Below are positions 41,527-53,879 of a DNA stretch of 64,000 nucleotides, in pieces. Numbering within the stretch: the stretch's first letter is position 1; every line of letters begins with the position of its first letter. Origin of the DNA: Mobula hypostoma (lineage: Eukaryota); the NCBI RefSeq assembly GCF_963921235.1, contig NC_086097.1, positions 188,296,001 to 188,360,000 of the forward strand, in the 5' to 3' direction. The translations under genes were made by a program, and so were the position numbers. The notes below the pieces were generated by a model that saw nothing but the letters and a program-made list of their open reading frames with translations, had not been told where the DNA came from and searched no databases.

Positions 41527-42022
41527 GAATAGGGAAGTCACTGAGTACTGTTGAGTTGATGAGAAAGTGTCTGATAAGGAGTCAACGGTAAAAAACAAGC
41601 CATAATCCTTCATGTTCATTTGGGCCATTTATGACACCTCTCTCCTCTTTCTGGATCGTTCTGTCTCTATCTCAGTAGACAACTGTACACCAACATTTAC
41701 GGCTCCATCTGCCTATCATCCCCTCCTCACCGGAATCCAATTATTGCTTGCCAGCTTCTGCCGCACCACTCCCATGTACCTCTTTATACTGGCTGACACT
41801 CCTTTGTACTCTCAATTCTGATGCAGGCCCTCAAACTGTCAGCCATTTTTTACTTCCGCAGACATTCCTGACCTGCTGAATTCTTCAGACAGCTTGTTTA
41901 TTTTTGTTCCAGATCCCAGGACCTGAAGGGGCTTGTGTCTCCTTAACCCATTCCCTGTTTAATTATGATAAAGATCTTATTTGATCTATTTTTGAACTGA
42001 TTTAGTATAATAACAGGCCTGC

Positions 42023-42028
42023 AATAAA
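42023..42028 (+). promoter_or_regulatory. Candidate polyadenylation signal of CNGB3
   Basis: AATAAA about 500 nt after the candidate terminal exon; position only. Confidence 0.25.
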
Positions 42029-42199
42029 GAGCCAGTTGCATCCTTTGACAAGATGGACGAATTAATATATTGACAGAGTAAAATATCCATATTTTTTAGT
42101 GGTTGCTGCAAGACTATTTGTCATTAATCACATTACAGTATTTTGGCTCTGAGAAAGGAAAGCAAAATTACCCCGGACATAACCATTAAATCCAGCTAT

Positions 42200-42420
42200 C
42201 ACTGACCTAGTCACTCACATCTCACCTGGATCCACTACTGTTCTTGTTCCATCTCTTCTCTTCACCCCATTTACCAGCTATCTGCCCTCTATCAGTCCAG
42301 CACAGATGAAGGGTCTCGGCCTGAAATATCAATGATTCATTTCTCTCCTTGGATGCTGTCTGACCCAGTGCCTTTGTGTTTTTCTCCAGATTTCCACTGT
42401 ATGCAGTCTTCTTGTCTGCA
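42200..42420 (+). mobile_element. Penelope-type terminal-repeat fragment with mutated hammerhead core
   Basis: cagatgaagggtctcggcctgaaatatc...ggatgctgtctgacc. Confidence 0.55.
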
Positions 42421-42687
42421 CGTAACTGTGGGTGTCCATCTCAATATCAGAGAGGTTAAACCTATAAGAATAAGAGTAGCAGGGGTTTACCATGCAGTGC
42501 ACCACCCTATCTTCACTGCCCAAGTCTGCTCTATCATTGTTGATCCTCTGTCACTTTCCTATTCAACTTTCTTTCTTTTTCAGTGTCTAAAAGCCCATTG
42601 GCTTCCATGACTGTATATTCAGAGTCCTCTGACCTAGATGTTGAGGTAGAAACTTATCTGATAACATATGGGAAATGTCTACAATGC

Positions 42688-43061
42688 AGGGCAGCACAGT
42701 GGAACAACTAGTACGTCTGCTACGTGACAGTGCAAGAGACTCAGGTTCAACCCTGACCTTAGCTGGTGTCTCCTTGGAATCTGTATGTTCCCCTGTGTCT
42801 ATACGGGTTTTCTCCAAGTTCTGTAGATACCTCCAACACCCCAAAGGTGCGAGAGATGGTGGATTAATTGGCCGATGTAAATTGCCTCTAGTATGCAGGT
42901 AATTGATATAATCTGGGGATAGCTAATGAGAATGTGGGGAGAATGGAAAAAAATTGATTAATGTGGGATTACTGTAAATGGGATTAGGTGATTGATAGTC
43001 AGTATGAACTCATGGGGTCAAAGGAGCAATTTCCAATCTTTGACTCTGTATGGCTCTATGA
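42688..43061 (+). mobile_element. tRNA-derived SINE (HE1/V-SINE-like) with CR1-type tail
   Basis: Head with A-box-like gcacagtgg and B-box-like ggttcaaccc; central tgtatgttcccctgtgtct..gggttttctcc core; gactctgtatggctctatga tail. Confidence 0.7.
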
Positions 43062-44847
43062 ATGAGGAACAGATCTCAATTCTCCAGTGATTTGGGAGAT
43101 CCATTTCAGCAGCAATTATCAAATGCTGAATCCACACCACCTAGAAGAGTAAAAGCATGTGGCATGTTTTCCTTTCGATCAAACACCAGCCTGACTTGTT
43201 TGCAAAACTATTCCTTCGTTGTTACTGGGTTAAAACACTGGAATTCCCTGCTATATTGTCACGGGGAAAAATGCATTCGCCAAGCAGCCGACACCTCAGG
43301 TCAGGATTGAACCTACGTCTCTAGCTCTGTGAGGCAGACAGTTAGCTCACTACCTTATCAATTATCTAAAGATACTCAACTTTCACAGCAAGGCCTGATC
43401 CATGTTTTTTTTTAATTCCCTGAAGCATTATATACAACAATTTACTAATTTATGGTTTAAATGGTTGAAAATGTAGTAAACAACAGGATAATAACAGTTA
43501 ATAAGTAGAAACTCATAACAACTTTCTCTGGCTGCAAGATCTGCATGTCTGTGGAAAATCAAACCATACAAGAAATTGGAAATTGCAAACTCTTACAAAG
43601 ATGGAATATTCCAGATACATAACAAGAAAGCTTGACATCATCACTAATGTCATCATGCAAGATCATCAGGCAGAAAGAAAAGTGAAGGAAATTTTCAAGG
43701 AAGCTGGACTAGGCAAAAACAAAGTGTCTAATTGTACAACTAGACCAAAGTACTGAACATTTGGAGGAATAAGCATGTGCTCTCCACACTGAGTTAAACT
43801 GGTTGATCAAATGGAAAAGATAGCCATGTACCATCAGAAAGTAACTTACGTAGTCATCAGATAATCAGCATATAGATGTAAAATACACATATAAACTTCA
43901 ATAGCTTTATGAATATGATTGAATTGTTGCTGAAGTTGTTAAGCAATTAATGAGTCATTTTATAATTGATCCAAGGTTGTAAAAAAATTAGTGTTTTTAC
44001 TTTCAACAGAGCTGTACAGCTGTTCAGCTTGTCTCAATACCTAAAATATAAGGAAAAAATAAAAGCATATCTGAAACAAGTACACCAACTTGGGACTTTC
44101 AGTTAAGCAATGAACAAGGGCAAACTGTTTCAGCAGATTGCATAGGCAACAGCCTTCTCAGGAAAATATTGACAGGATGTTGAGAGAAATAGCTCATAAC
44201 TCTTTGTCATTTGAGTGATGCTGTCCCTCAATATAAAAGCGCTATTTCTTGAGGAAGGTAAATCAAAGAGCCTTTGAAATTCGTGAAATCCACAAAAATT
44301 GGATACTCTATTACTTCCATTTATTCACACTTTATCTGTCAGAGTTGACAAATTGACTTTCATGCTTCTAGTTTTCTTATAACTAAGGAATGATAGTATA
44401 GTTTTGTGCTCACAACAGGAAATGGGTTAGCAAAGATCTGGGGTCAGAGATTTAGCTATATCCTTGTAAAAGGGTATGAGTGCAGTTAAGGGACAAGGCT
44501 ATGATATAATTTTTTTGAATCCAACAAACCTTGTAAAATTGTGTAAACATTTCTGGTATGTCGGATCTTCAATAATCCCTTTATACTTTTCATATTATAT
44601 GTCATGTACATGAATATGTCTGAATAAAGCTCAGTGGATGTATTGAGAATCTCTATCGGGAGCAACAACATTGCTGCATTCCTTTTAAGAAGCCATTTCA
44701 TGTGCAAAAGTGAGTCAACAGTTACATCGTTTTTAAAATTATGGAGAAGATTTCTCCTGTTAACCATTATAAAGTTAATAAATAAGAGATTTTTAATATT
44801 GGAGGGCAACTGCGTTTTGTCTCTATTTCACTGAGAATTACTTTGGC

Positions 44848-45369
44848 TGTCAGGGCGCTGAAGCAGGGACCCAATTGCAGACCAAGTACTGTGCGCACTG
44901 TGATATTTTCTGAGTAGCAAATCCAGAGGGGCAAAAAAGTCAGCATCAAAGTTCAGGCAGAGATAAAAAAATTCCAGAGAAATCCAAAAACCAGAATCGG
45001 GAAACAGACAGAGTCGATATTCAGACAGACAGATTTCAGATACGAATGCTGGAAAGGCTCAGGAAAACCCATTGGCACAATCTGGCAACAAACGGGTGAA
45101 AACACAGGACTGAAATACATTGAGCAATAAACAAAGAGGGAGATGATAGGTGGAGCACAATGAGACAGAAGTGGCAGCAAAACAGGTAATAATGAGAAAC
45201 AGGTGAGAGGCGGAGTACCCAGTAATACAGGGGCCAGAGTAGAGCAGGAGTGGGGACAGGAGCACATGGGGCATGGAAACAAACAAGAGCATATGGCAAT
45301 ACAAAACCACAGACTGACGGCTAGGGGGAAAACACACAAAAAGATATAGTTCAACTGGAGGTACTGACA
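44848..45369 (-). mobile_element. Probable solo LTR (522 bp)
   Basis: Begins TGTCAG and ends CTGACA (TG..CA with 6-bp terminal inverted repeat); flanks tttggc / tttgac resemble a target-site duplication; strand tentative. Confidence 0.6.
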
Positions 45370-46319
45370 TTTGACTTTCTCAACAGCTTGTATTTCAATG
45401 AGTACTTATAATGGCTCTGAAACAGCTACTGATATAAACAGCAAAAAGCTTCACTAAAGCCCCTTTATTATAGTTCAAGACAGAATCATTGTAAGTGCAC
45501 AACTCTGAAAGAAGCCATTCAGTCCATGATGTCTCTTTAGAAAAAGCTACCAAGTCTATTCATACTTTCCAGCCCTCGATCCTTGGCTCCTGGTCATGGC
45601 TTTTCAAGTATACAGTAATTCCAAGTGCCTTTTAAGCACAATGGTGATTTCTGTCTCTACCAACATTTCAGGCAGGTAGATTCAAGGCTCCTTCTGCACT
45701 CCCCTCAACATAAGAATCATCCTCGTCCTTTGTGACGGTAGTTGTAAAAAATTTAGTAAGCATTTAGTCACATTCCTGAAAGAGGCAAACTGTTTGATCC
45801 CTAATAGCTCTATTTTTACCCTAGTTATCTTTTTGCTCTTTACGTACATAAAACACTTCTAGATTTTCTTTAATTTTCATTGTCATTATTTTTTCATGAT
45901 TTTCTAGTAAAAGGAAAATATGATTCTTAATTTCCTATTTAATGTCACTCATATACTATGGTCTAAATTACTTTAAAATATTTAGCTCAAATTAAATCCA
46001 ATATTGCCATTTTTACATTCTCTGCTCTCTGACATGTGGATGAAGGTCCCAAACCCACTAGTTCTGCTGGAGATCATGGAAATGCATGCAAGTCCATCCC
46101 ACTCCAGAATTTATACAAACAGAAATTTCACAGGGAACTTAAGGTTTTCCTTGAATAACACAAGAAAAATCTACACTATTATCAGCATAATATAAACAAA
46201 TTCTCTAATCCTGGTTACGTGTTTATTTGCCATGTTAGTGTAGAAAGGAAAAGCACTAATTTGGTCAGCCTTACAATACTTTTGTCAGGTTACTTTATGT
46301 ATAGACATTTCAACAGTTT

Positions 46320-46800
46320 AATAATACAGACATAAGAAATAGATTTGGCTCTTCATGCTTCCTACATTAAATATTCTCAGTAGATGAGAACCTAAGAGAG
46401 AGAATGCCAAAAATGTACTACCCTCTGAATGAAGGCTTCTCTTGTCAAGTCAGTCCTGAATGGCCAACACATTATTTTAAAGCTGTAACCTATTATTCTT
46501 GGCACTCCAACTTAGTGAACTATCATGCTTGCATGTATTCTGTCAAGCCCCTGTAAGTACTTTATACATTTTGATGATCTTAACTCTTATTCTCTAAGGG
46601 TTAGAGAATATAGGAACAACCCATGAAATCTGTCCTCATGATTAATCCTTCCAACCCAGGAATTAGTAAAACGAACCTCCATTACCCTGCTCTAATCACA
46701 AAAACATCCTTCCTTTATTAGGGAGACTGCAATTGTATGCAGTATTCCAGGTACAGATTCCTCACCCTATACTGTTACAACATGATATCTTGCAGTAAAG
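46320..46800 (-). mobile_element. Old CR1 3' fragment
   Basis: cataagaaatag tail and decayed C-terminal ORF2-like sequence. Confidence 0.45.
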
Positions 46801-46981
46801 ATCTCTATCACATTTTCTAGATTTTTTTGGCCTTAATTTTAATGTAATTTTATGTTGGGTCTTTCCAACCTTTATGCATCTAGAGCAAGTGTAAATATTG
46901 TAAAATAAAATAAATTCCACACTGTTGTACATTTATATAATGCATTCTTAGGCCTAAAAAATAGAAAAGTCTTTACATATT

Positions 46982-47113
46982 CCCACTGCTGTTTGTAAGG
47001 AGTTTGTATCTTTTCCCTGTGACTGCATGAGTTTCCTCTCAGTGATCTGATTTCCTCCCGAAGTCCTAAGGCGTACCATTTGGTACATTAATTGGTCATT
47101 GTAAATTGTCCTG
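46982..47113 (+). mobile_element. SINE core fragment (HE1/V-SINE-like)
   Basis: gtaaggagtttgtatc..ccctgtgactgcatg..taattggtcattgtaaattgtcc. Confidence 0.6.
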
Positions 47114-47114
47114 C

Positions 47115-47850
47115 TAATCTGTCTAAGTTCTTCTGAAGCCTTCCTCTTTCCTCAACACTGCCTGCCCTTCCACCAATCTTTGTATCATCTGCAAACTTGG
47201 CAACACAGACATCTATTCTATCATCTAAATCATTGTCATACAGTATAAGAAGAAGCAGTCACAACACTGATCCATGTGGAACACCACTTGTCACTGGCAG
47301 CCAACCAGAAAAGGATCTTTTTATTCCCACTCACTGCCTCCTACCAATCAGCCAATACTCTAAACAAGCCAGTAACTTTCCTATAATACCAGGGGCTCTT
47401 AACTTGGTAAGCAGCCTCACATGTGACACCCTGACAAAGGCCTTCTGGAAGTTCAAATATACTACATCCGCTGCATCTCCTTTACCTATCCTACGTGTAA
47501 TCTCCCCAAAGAATTCCAACAGGTTTGTCAGGCAAAATTTTCCTTGAAGGAAACCATGCTGACTTTGTCCTATGTGTAACCAAATACTCCATAACCACAT
47601 CCTTAACAATTGACTCCAACATTTTCCCAACCACTGAGGTTAGGTTAATTGGTCTATAATTTCCTTTCTGCTAACTTCCTCCTTTCTTAAAGAATGGAGT
47701 GACATTTGCAATTTTCCAGTCCTCTGACATCATGCCAAGTCAAATAATTTTTGAAAGATCATTTCTAATACCTCCACAATCTCTACTGCTACCTCTTTCA
47801 GAACCCTAGAGTGTAGTTCATCTGCTCCAGGTGACTTATGTACCCTTAAG
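47115..47850 (-). mobile_element. CR1 RT fragment
   Basis: QSQHGFLQGK.CLTNLLEFF and KSPGADELH motifs. Confidence 0.85.
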
Positions 47851-48712
47851 TCTTTCCTCACTTTCAGGGATGCCTCGACGGCATCAACCTCGCCTCGCCT
47901 CCGCTGCCTCGATTCATACTCACCGCGGCCTCCGCTCACCCTGACTCAGCTTCACTTGCTTCTCCATTTTAGCAGTAATTGTTATTAATAAAGTATTTAG
48001 TAGCTTTCTTTGTTTTGTTTGCCATCAATAAGAAGTCAGTGGGCATCACCAGATCATACTTCTTCTTGGACAGCACTAATAACTTGGTGTCCTCTGACAT
48101 TCTCCTACTAACTTGCTGTCAATCAGTAACTGTATTACTTTTCTGTGCCTATACATTTGTTTTCCAATACAGAAATTATTTCCCCAAATTTCTCAATGTA
48201 AAATATTGTATGTTATTAAATACTTCAAATTATGGACCAATAGAAAATTTGCTATTTCAATGAAATGGAAATAATAAAATATAAGAGACTCCTCTCCCTA
48301 TATGTTGTCCCACTTCATAGCAATATGGATGAAGATTTTAAGCTTGAAACTACACATTCACAATTTGAGCTTGTGATATTCGAAACATTAATTTGTGTTA
48401 CTTTTTCTACAATCTGTATAATCCAGTTCAATTTTTAAATAAGTTCTGTGGAATATGCTTTGGCATCCTTATTCCCGGTGGCCTCTTAGATTGGAATAGT
48501 GTAATTTAAAATTTGTTTTCTCTTGACAGGTTTACTAGCTCTTAGTCTTTTAAAGTCCTAGGAACAGTCTGATTTGACAATGGCCTGCTGACATCACATG
48601 GGAACATAATGGCAGCAAGATGATAGGGAGTAACTGAAGGTTTAGAGTGCAGGAGATGGATAACTACATTATCTGAGGAGCCAAGGCTATTTTGGATTTA
48701 AAAACAAAAAAA

Positions 48713-49135
48713 AACATAAGACGATAAGATCAAAAGACATAGGAGTAGAATTAGGCTATTCAGCCCATCAAGTCCACACCATCATTTCATCATGGCTGAT
48801 CCCTGATCCCATTCAACCCCATACACCTGCCCTCTCACTATATCCTTTGATGCCCTGAGCAATCAGGAAAATATCAACTTCTACTTTAAATATACTCATG
48901 GGCTTGGCCTCCACTGCAGTCTGTAGCAGAGCATTCCACAAATTCACCATCCTTTGGCTAAAAAAATTCCTCCTTACTTCTGTTTCAAAAAGTTGCCCCT
49001 CAATTTTGAGACCGTGCCCTGTAATTCTGGATACCCCCACCAAAGGGAACATCCTCTTCACATCCACTTTATCTAGTCCTTTTGACATTTGATAGGTTCT
49101 AATGAGATCCCCACGCATTCCTCTAAATTCTAGTG
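48713..49135 (-). mobile_element. CR1 3' fragment
   Basis: RGDLI, RNFFSQR and WNALL C-terminal motifs plus tail. Confidence 0.85.
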
Positions 49136-49299
49136 TCTCAATTACACACTGCCTCAATTAATTTTGTCGACGTGGAACTGCCTAACCATTATCCTGCTTT
49201 GCATCTATTAATCATTGCTAGTGTTGAATCTTTGTAATACTGCTGGTCAACTGGTGCAGCTATTATTATATTGCAATAATAGCTGCAATATTATAGCTA

Positions 49300-49866
49300 T
49301 TATTGCAGCTATATAGGACCCTGGTCAGACCCCACTTGGAGTATTGTGCTCAGTTCTGGTCTCCTCACTACAGGAAGGATGTGGAAACCATAGAAAGGGT
49401 GCATTGGAGATTTACAAGGATGTTGCCTGGATTGGGGAGCATGCCTTATAAGAATAGGTTGAGTGAACTCGGCCTTTTCTCCTTGGAGCGACGGAGGATG
49501 AGAGGTAACCTGATAGAGGTGTATAAGATGATGAGAGGCATTCATTGTCTGGATAGTCAGAGGCTTTTTCCCAGGACTGAAAGGGCACAGTTTTAAGGTG
49601 CTTGGAAGTAGGTACAGAGGAGATATCAGGAGTAAGTTTTTACGCAGAGAGTGGTGAGTGCGTGGAATGGTCTGCTGGCAACGGTGGTGGAGGTGGATAT
49701 GATAGGGTCTTTTAAGAGACTCCTGGACAGGTATATGGAGCTCAGAAAAATAGAGGGCTAGAGGTAACCCTAGGTAATTTCTCACGTAAGGACATGTTCA
49801 GCCCAGCTTTGTGGGCCGAAGGGCCTATATTGTGCTGTAGGTTTTCTATGTTTCTATGTTTCTATT
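49300..49866 (+). mobile_element. CR1 3' fragment (subfamily of 13589-17400)
   Basis: LYRTLVRPHLEYC motif; ends in (tttctatg)n. Confidence 0.9.
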
Positions 49867-50149
49867 TTTAACATCCACTGTTTTCAAGGTGTTAAAGATG
49901 AAAAATGCACTATCATATGTTAATCCATCATTACTGTCTAATTTGAATGAAGCATCTGCCATCACATCTGGTGAGAAATGTACTGTATCAGCAGTGCAAA
50001 AATCCACCCCTTGTTGTCCTTCAAGAAATCTTCAAGATAGTTTCTGAATTAAGAGGAAAAGTGACAGAACTTCTCAAGCAAGTGAGCTGTTGAGTTTGGG
50101 CAACAGAGCACACCTCTCATTACCTTCTACATTGAATAAATTGGCTGTT

Positions 50150-50915
50150 TTCATAACCTGACCATAAACCCAGTGAATATTAGGACGTCACTATGTTTCT
50201 GTGATTGCTTCTCCCTTTAAATCCTTATATGCCATCCGTCAGGTCTTGGTGACTTCTCTGCCCTTAGCATCCCCCCCGCCCCCCCACCTACCTGACCTTG
50301 CACTCGAGTTTTTCCAATCATTATCCTTTGTAATGAGAACTTCTGTAAGTTGTGTTTTATTTGAAATTAGTCTATCTCATATCTTAAAGATCGTAACAAT
50401 ATCTTCCATAGTAAAAACTGTTTCCAAGAAGTTAATCGACATAGCTGCCATTTCTTAATTTGTTGTTATTAGTTCACCGGCCTCATTCTCTAGAGCCTCC
50501 ACATTTACCTGAGGTACCCTCTTCCTGAAGGTTCCACAATGTTCTACTCAAATAAGCTACTTGTGACACAAGAGTATAATATGCCAGCTCAGTTCAACCA
50601 ATCAATGTGTAGACTAAAATCTACCTTTGTAATTGTAGTTCCTTTCAAACATGTCCTTGAAATTTCCATATTTTTGCTTTGATGTAAACAGAAGTCAGAT
50701 TTTGGGGGTCTATGGATTACTCCCACCTGTGTCTTTCTAACTGTGCTATTCAGAATGTCATTCCAAACTGATTCCACATCACTATGCACTGCCTTTAAAT
50801 TATGACTCAGCACTGCTCTGGTACCTTCCTTGATGAACAAAGCCACCCGACCTCCATTTCCCTTTGCCCTGTTCTTGTGGAACAATGTAACACCTGGAAT
50901 ATTGAGATCCATCAG
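50150..50915 (-). mobile_element. Old CR1 endonuclease-region fragment
   Basis: GNGGRVALFIK, VESVW and GVIHRPP motifs. Confidence 0.55.
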
Positions 50916-50917
50916 GT

Positions 50918-51675
50918 ACACCACTGGGGCCTCATGCCTTCCGAGCATTTACCCTCTTGAAAGATGTTCTGACATTGGCCTCTGAAACAGAGAGCATAGG
51001 GTCAGCAGATGATGCAGGAATTTGGACAGGTATAGTATTAATCTCCATTTGAAAGCACACATACAAGGCATTGATCTCATTTTGAAATGAAGCATCAGAG
51101 CCATTCATGGCGCTCGGTTTCACCTTGAAGGGAGTAAAGGCCTGCAAACCCTGCCACAACTGATGTACTTCTGATTCCATCTTTAACTTCAATTGGAATT
51201 GCTTTTTGGCTTTTAAAATAGCCTTCCATAAGTTGTTCCTGAAATTCTTGTACAGTTCTGGATCACCGGTCTTGAATGCCCTCAGCAGTCTAGGAATCTC
51301 CTGGTTCATGGACTGCTTTTGGTTTGGGTATGTCCGGTATATTCTTGAAGGTGCACACTTATCCACACAGATCTTGATGAAGTCAGTGACAACTGTGGCA
51401 TATTCACTCAGCTCAAAGATGAATCCCTGAATGTTGTCCAGTCAAACTATTTAAAGCAGTCCTGTAAGCGCTCCTCCACCTCTCTCAACCATACCTTCGT
51501 GGTCCTCCCCACTGGTACTGCAGCGTTCAGTCTCTGCCTGTATGCCGGAAGTAGAAGTACAGCCAGGTGATCAGACTTTACAAATTGTGGGTGTGGGGTG
51601 CATGGTAAACGTTCCAGATGTTGGTGTAACAGTGCTTAATGTGTTGGCTCGTCTGGTTCTGCAAGTGGTATGCTG
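50918..51675 (-). mobile_element. Rex1/Babar fragment (linker region before RT)
   Basis: YPNQKQSMN and SVSEANVRTSFKRVNARKA motifs. Confidence 0.75.
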
Positions 51676-51689
51676 GTGGTAGTTGGTCA

Positions 51690-52400
51690 GAGCACTATTA
51701 TATCCTCAATACTAATCAACAAACTCCAAGACCTGGGCCGTCTATACATCTGCAAATGGATCCTTGACTTCCCCATCAGGAGACCACAATCAGTGCAGAT
51801 CGTAAATAATATCTCCTCCTCATTGACAGTAAGGAGGTGTACAGGAGTGAGATAGGTCAGCTCGTTGAGTGGTCACAGCAACAACCTTGCACTCAATGTC
51901 AGTAAGACCAAGGAATTGAAAGTGGACTTCAGGAAGGGGAAGACAAAGGAACACACACCAGTCTTCATCAAGGGATCTGCAGTGGAAAGGGTGAGCAGTT
52001 TCAATTTCCTGGGTGCCAATATCTCTGAAGAACTATCCTTGGTCCAACATATTGATGCAATTACAAAGAAGGCACCACAGTGGCTATATTTCACTTGGGG
52101 TTTGAGGAGATTTGGTATGTCATCAAAGACACTCACAGATTTCTACAGATGTAACGTCATAAGCATTCTAACTGCTACCTGCTATGGAGGGATCAGAAAA
52201 AGCTGCAGAAATTTGCAAATGCAGCCAGCTCCATCATGAAAACTAACCTCCCCAGCATCGAGGACAACTTCAAAATGCGATGCCTCAAAAAGGCAGCATT
52301 CATCATTAAGGACCCCTATCACCAAGGACATGCCCTCTCCTCATTTCTACCATCAAGGAAGAGGTACAGGTACATGAAGGCACACACTCAATGTTTTAAG
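51690..52400 (+). mobile_element. Rex1/Babar RT 3' fragment
   Basis: WILDF, NNLALNVSKTKE and LPSRKRYR motifs. Confidence 0.8.
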
Positions 52401-52429
52401 CTTCAAGATTCAAGATTGGTGTCATTTCC

Positions 52430-53645
52430 CGGCCTACCTGGGGGAAGCAACAGTGGCCGCGCCTCTGGTACAGAGTCTGGCTCTGTGGCTCAGAAAGGTA
52501 GGGAAAGGAAGAAGGCAGCAGTGATAGGGGTCTCTATAGTTAGGGGTCAGACAGGCGATGCTGTGGACTCAAGAGAGAAACAGGGATGGTAGTTTGCCTC
52601 CCAGATGCCAGGGTCCAGAATGTTTCTGATTGCATCCACGAAGTGGGAAGGTGAACAGTCAGAGGTTGTGGTACATATTGGTATCAATGATATAGGTAGG
52701 AAAAGGGAGGAGGTCCTGAATGCAGACTACAGGGAGTTAGGAAGGAAGTTGAGAAGCAGGACCTCAAAGGTAGTAATCTCAGGATTACTGCCTGTGCACG
52801 TGACAATGAGTATAGGAATAGAGTGAGGTGGAGGATAAATGCTTGGCTGAGTGATTGGAGGAAGGGGCAGAGATTCAGATTTCTGGATCTTTGAGACCTC
52901 TTTTGAGGCAGGCACGACCTGTATAAAAAGGACAGGTTGCACTTGAATCCCAGGGGGACAAATATCCTGGCAGAAAGGTTTGCTATGGTTATTGGGGAGG
53001 GTTTAAACTAGAATTGCTGGGGGCTGTGAATGGAACTGAAGAGACAGAGGAAGGGGCAATTGGCTCACAAATAGAGGAAGCTTGGAGACAGTGCGAGAGG
53101 GAGGATAGGCAGGTGATAGAGAAGATCGATGGTTTGAGATGTGTCTATTTTAATGCGAGAAGCATCATGAACAAAGCAGATGAGCTTAGGGTGTGGATCA
53201 GTACTTGGAGCTATGACGTTGTGGCCATTACAGAGGTTTGGATGGATCAGGGTCAGGAATGGTTATTTCAAGTGCCAGGGATACCGATTCTGGAAAAGTG
53301 TAATAATAACAGGGTTGACATGGTGGGAGATTTTTAATTTCCTAAATATTGATTGGCATCTCCTTAGAGCAAGGGGTTTAGATGGGGTGGAGCTTGTTAG
53401 GTGTGTTTAGGAAGGTTTCCTGACACAAATGCAGAGAACGGTGAGTGCGTGGAATTGGTTTGCGCCAACAGTGGTGGTTAGATAGGGTCTTTTAAGAGAC
53501 TTCTGGATAGGTACATGGAGCTTAGAAAAATAGAGGGCACTGGGTAACGCTAGGTAATTTCTAAATAAGTACATGTTCGGCACAGCATTGTGGGCCAAAG
53601 GGCCTGTATTGTGCTGAATTTTTTTTATGTTTCTATGTTTCTAAG
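52430..53645 (+). mobile_element. Internally deleted CR1: ORF1 esterase, ORF2 start and 3' tail
   Basis: HIGINDIG and DRLHLN motifs, then YFNARS, then a jump at about 53430 to the CR1 3'UTR and (tttctatg)n tail. Confidence 0.85.
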
Positions 53646-53879
53646 TTTAACTGTAATTCTTTATTCTTGCTTGCTATGCCCCATCTTTCAATATTCTGTT
53701 AGTTTTTTAGTTATGTAATTTCCAGTAAGATGGTGGTGCATTCAATCACAGTGGCTTCTACAGGATCAACCAGCAGTGTTATTGTCTTTCATAAACATAT
53801 TTTTTTATGTTCTCAAGACATTCTGGACATTAAGAATTTAGGTACTGCTGGCCCACCCCATCAGCAAGTTGTACACTGG

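Noticed and set aside
44953..45370. Three overlapping Cys/Leu-rich ORFs
   Set aside because: They result from the low-complexity composition of the probable solo LTR
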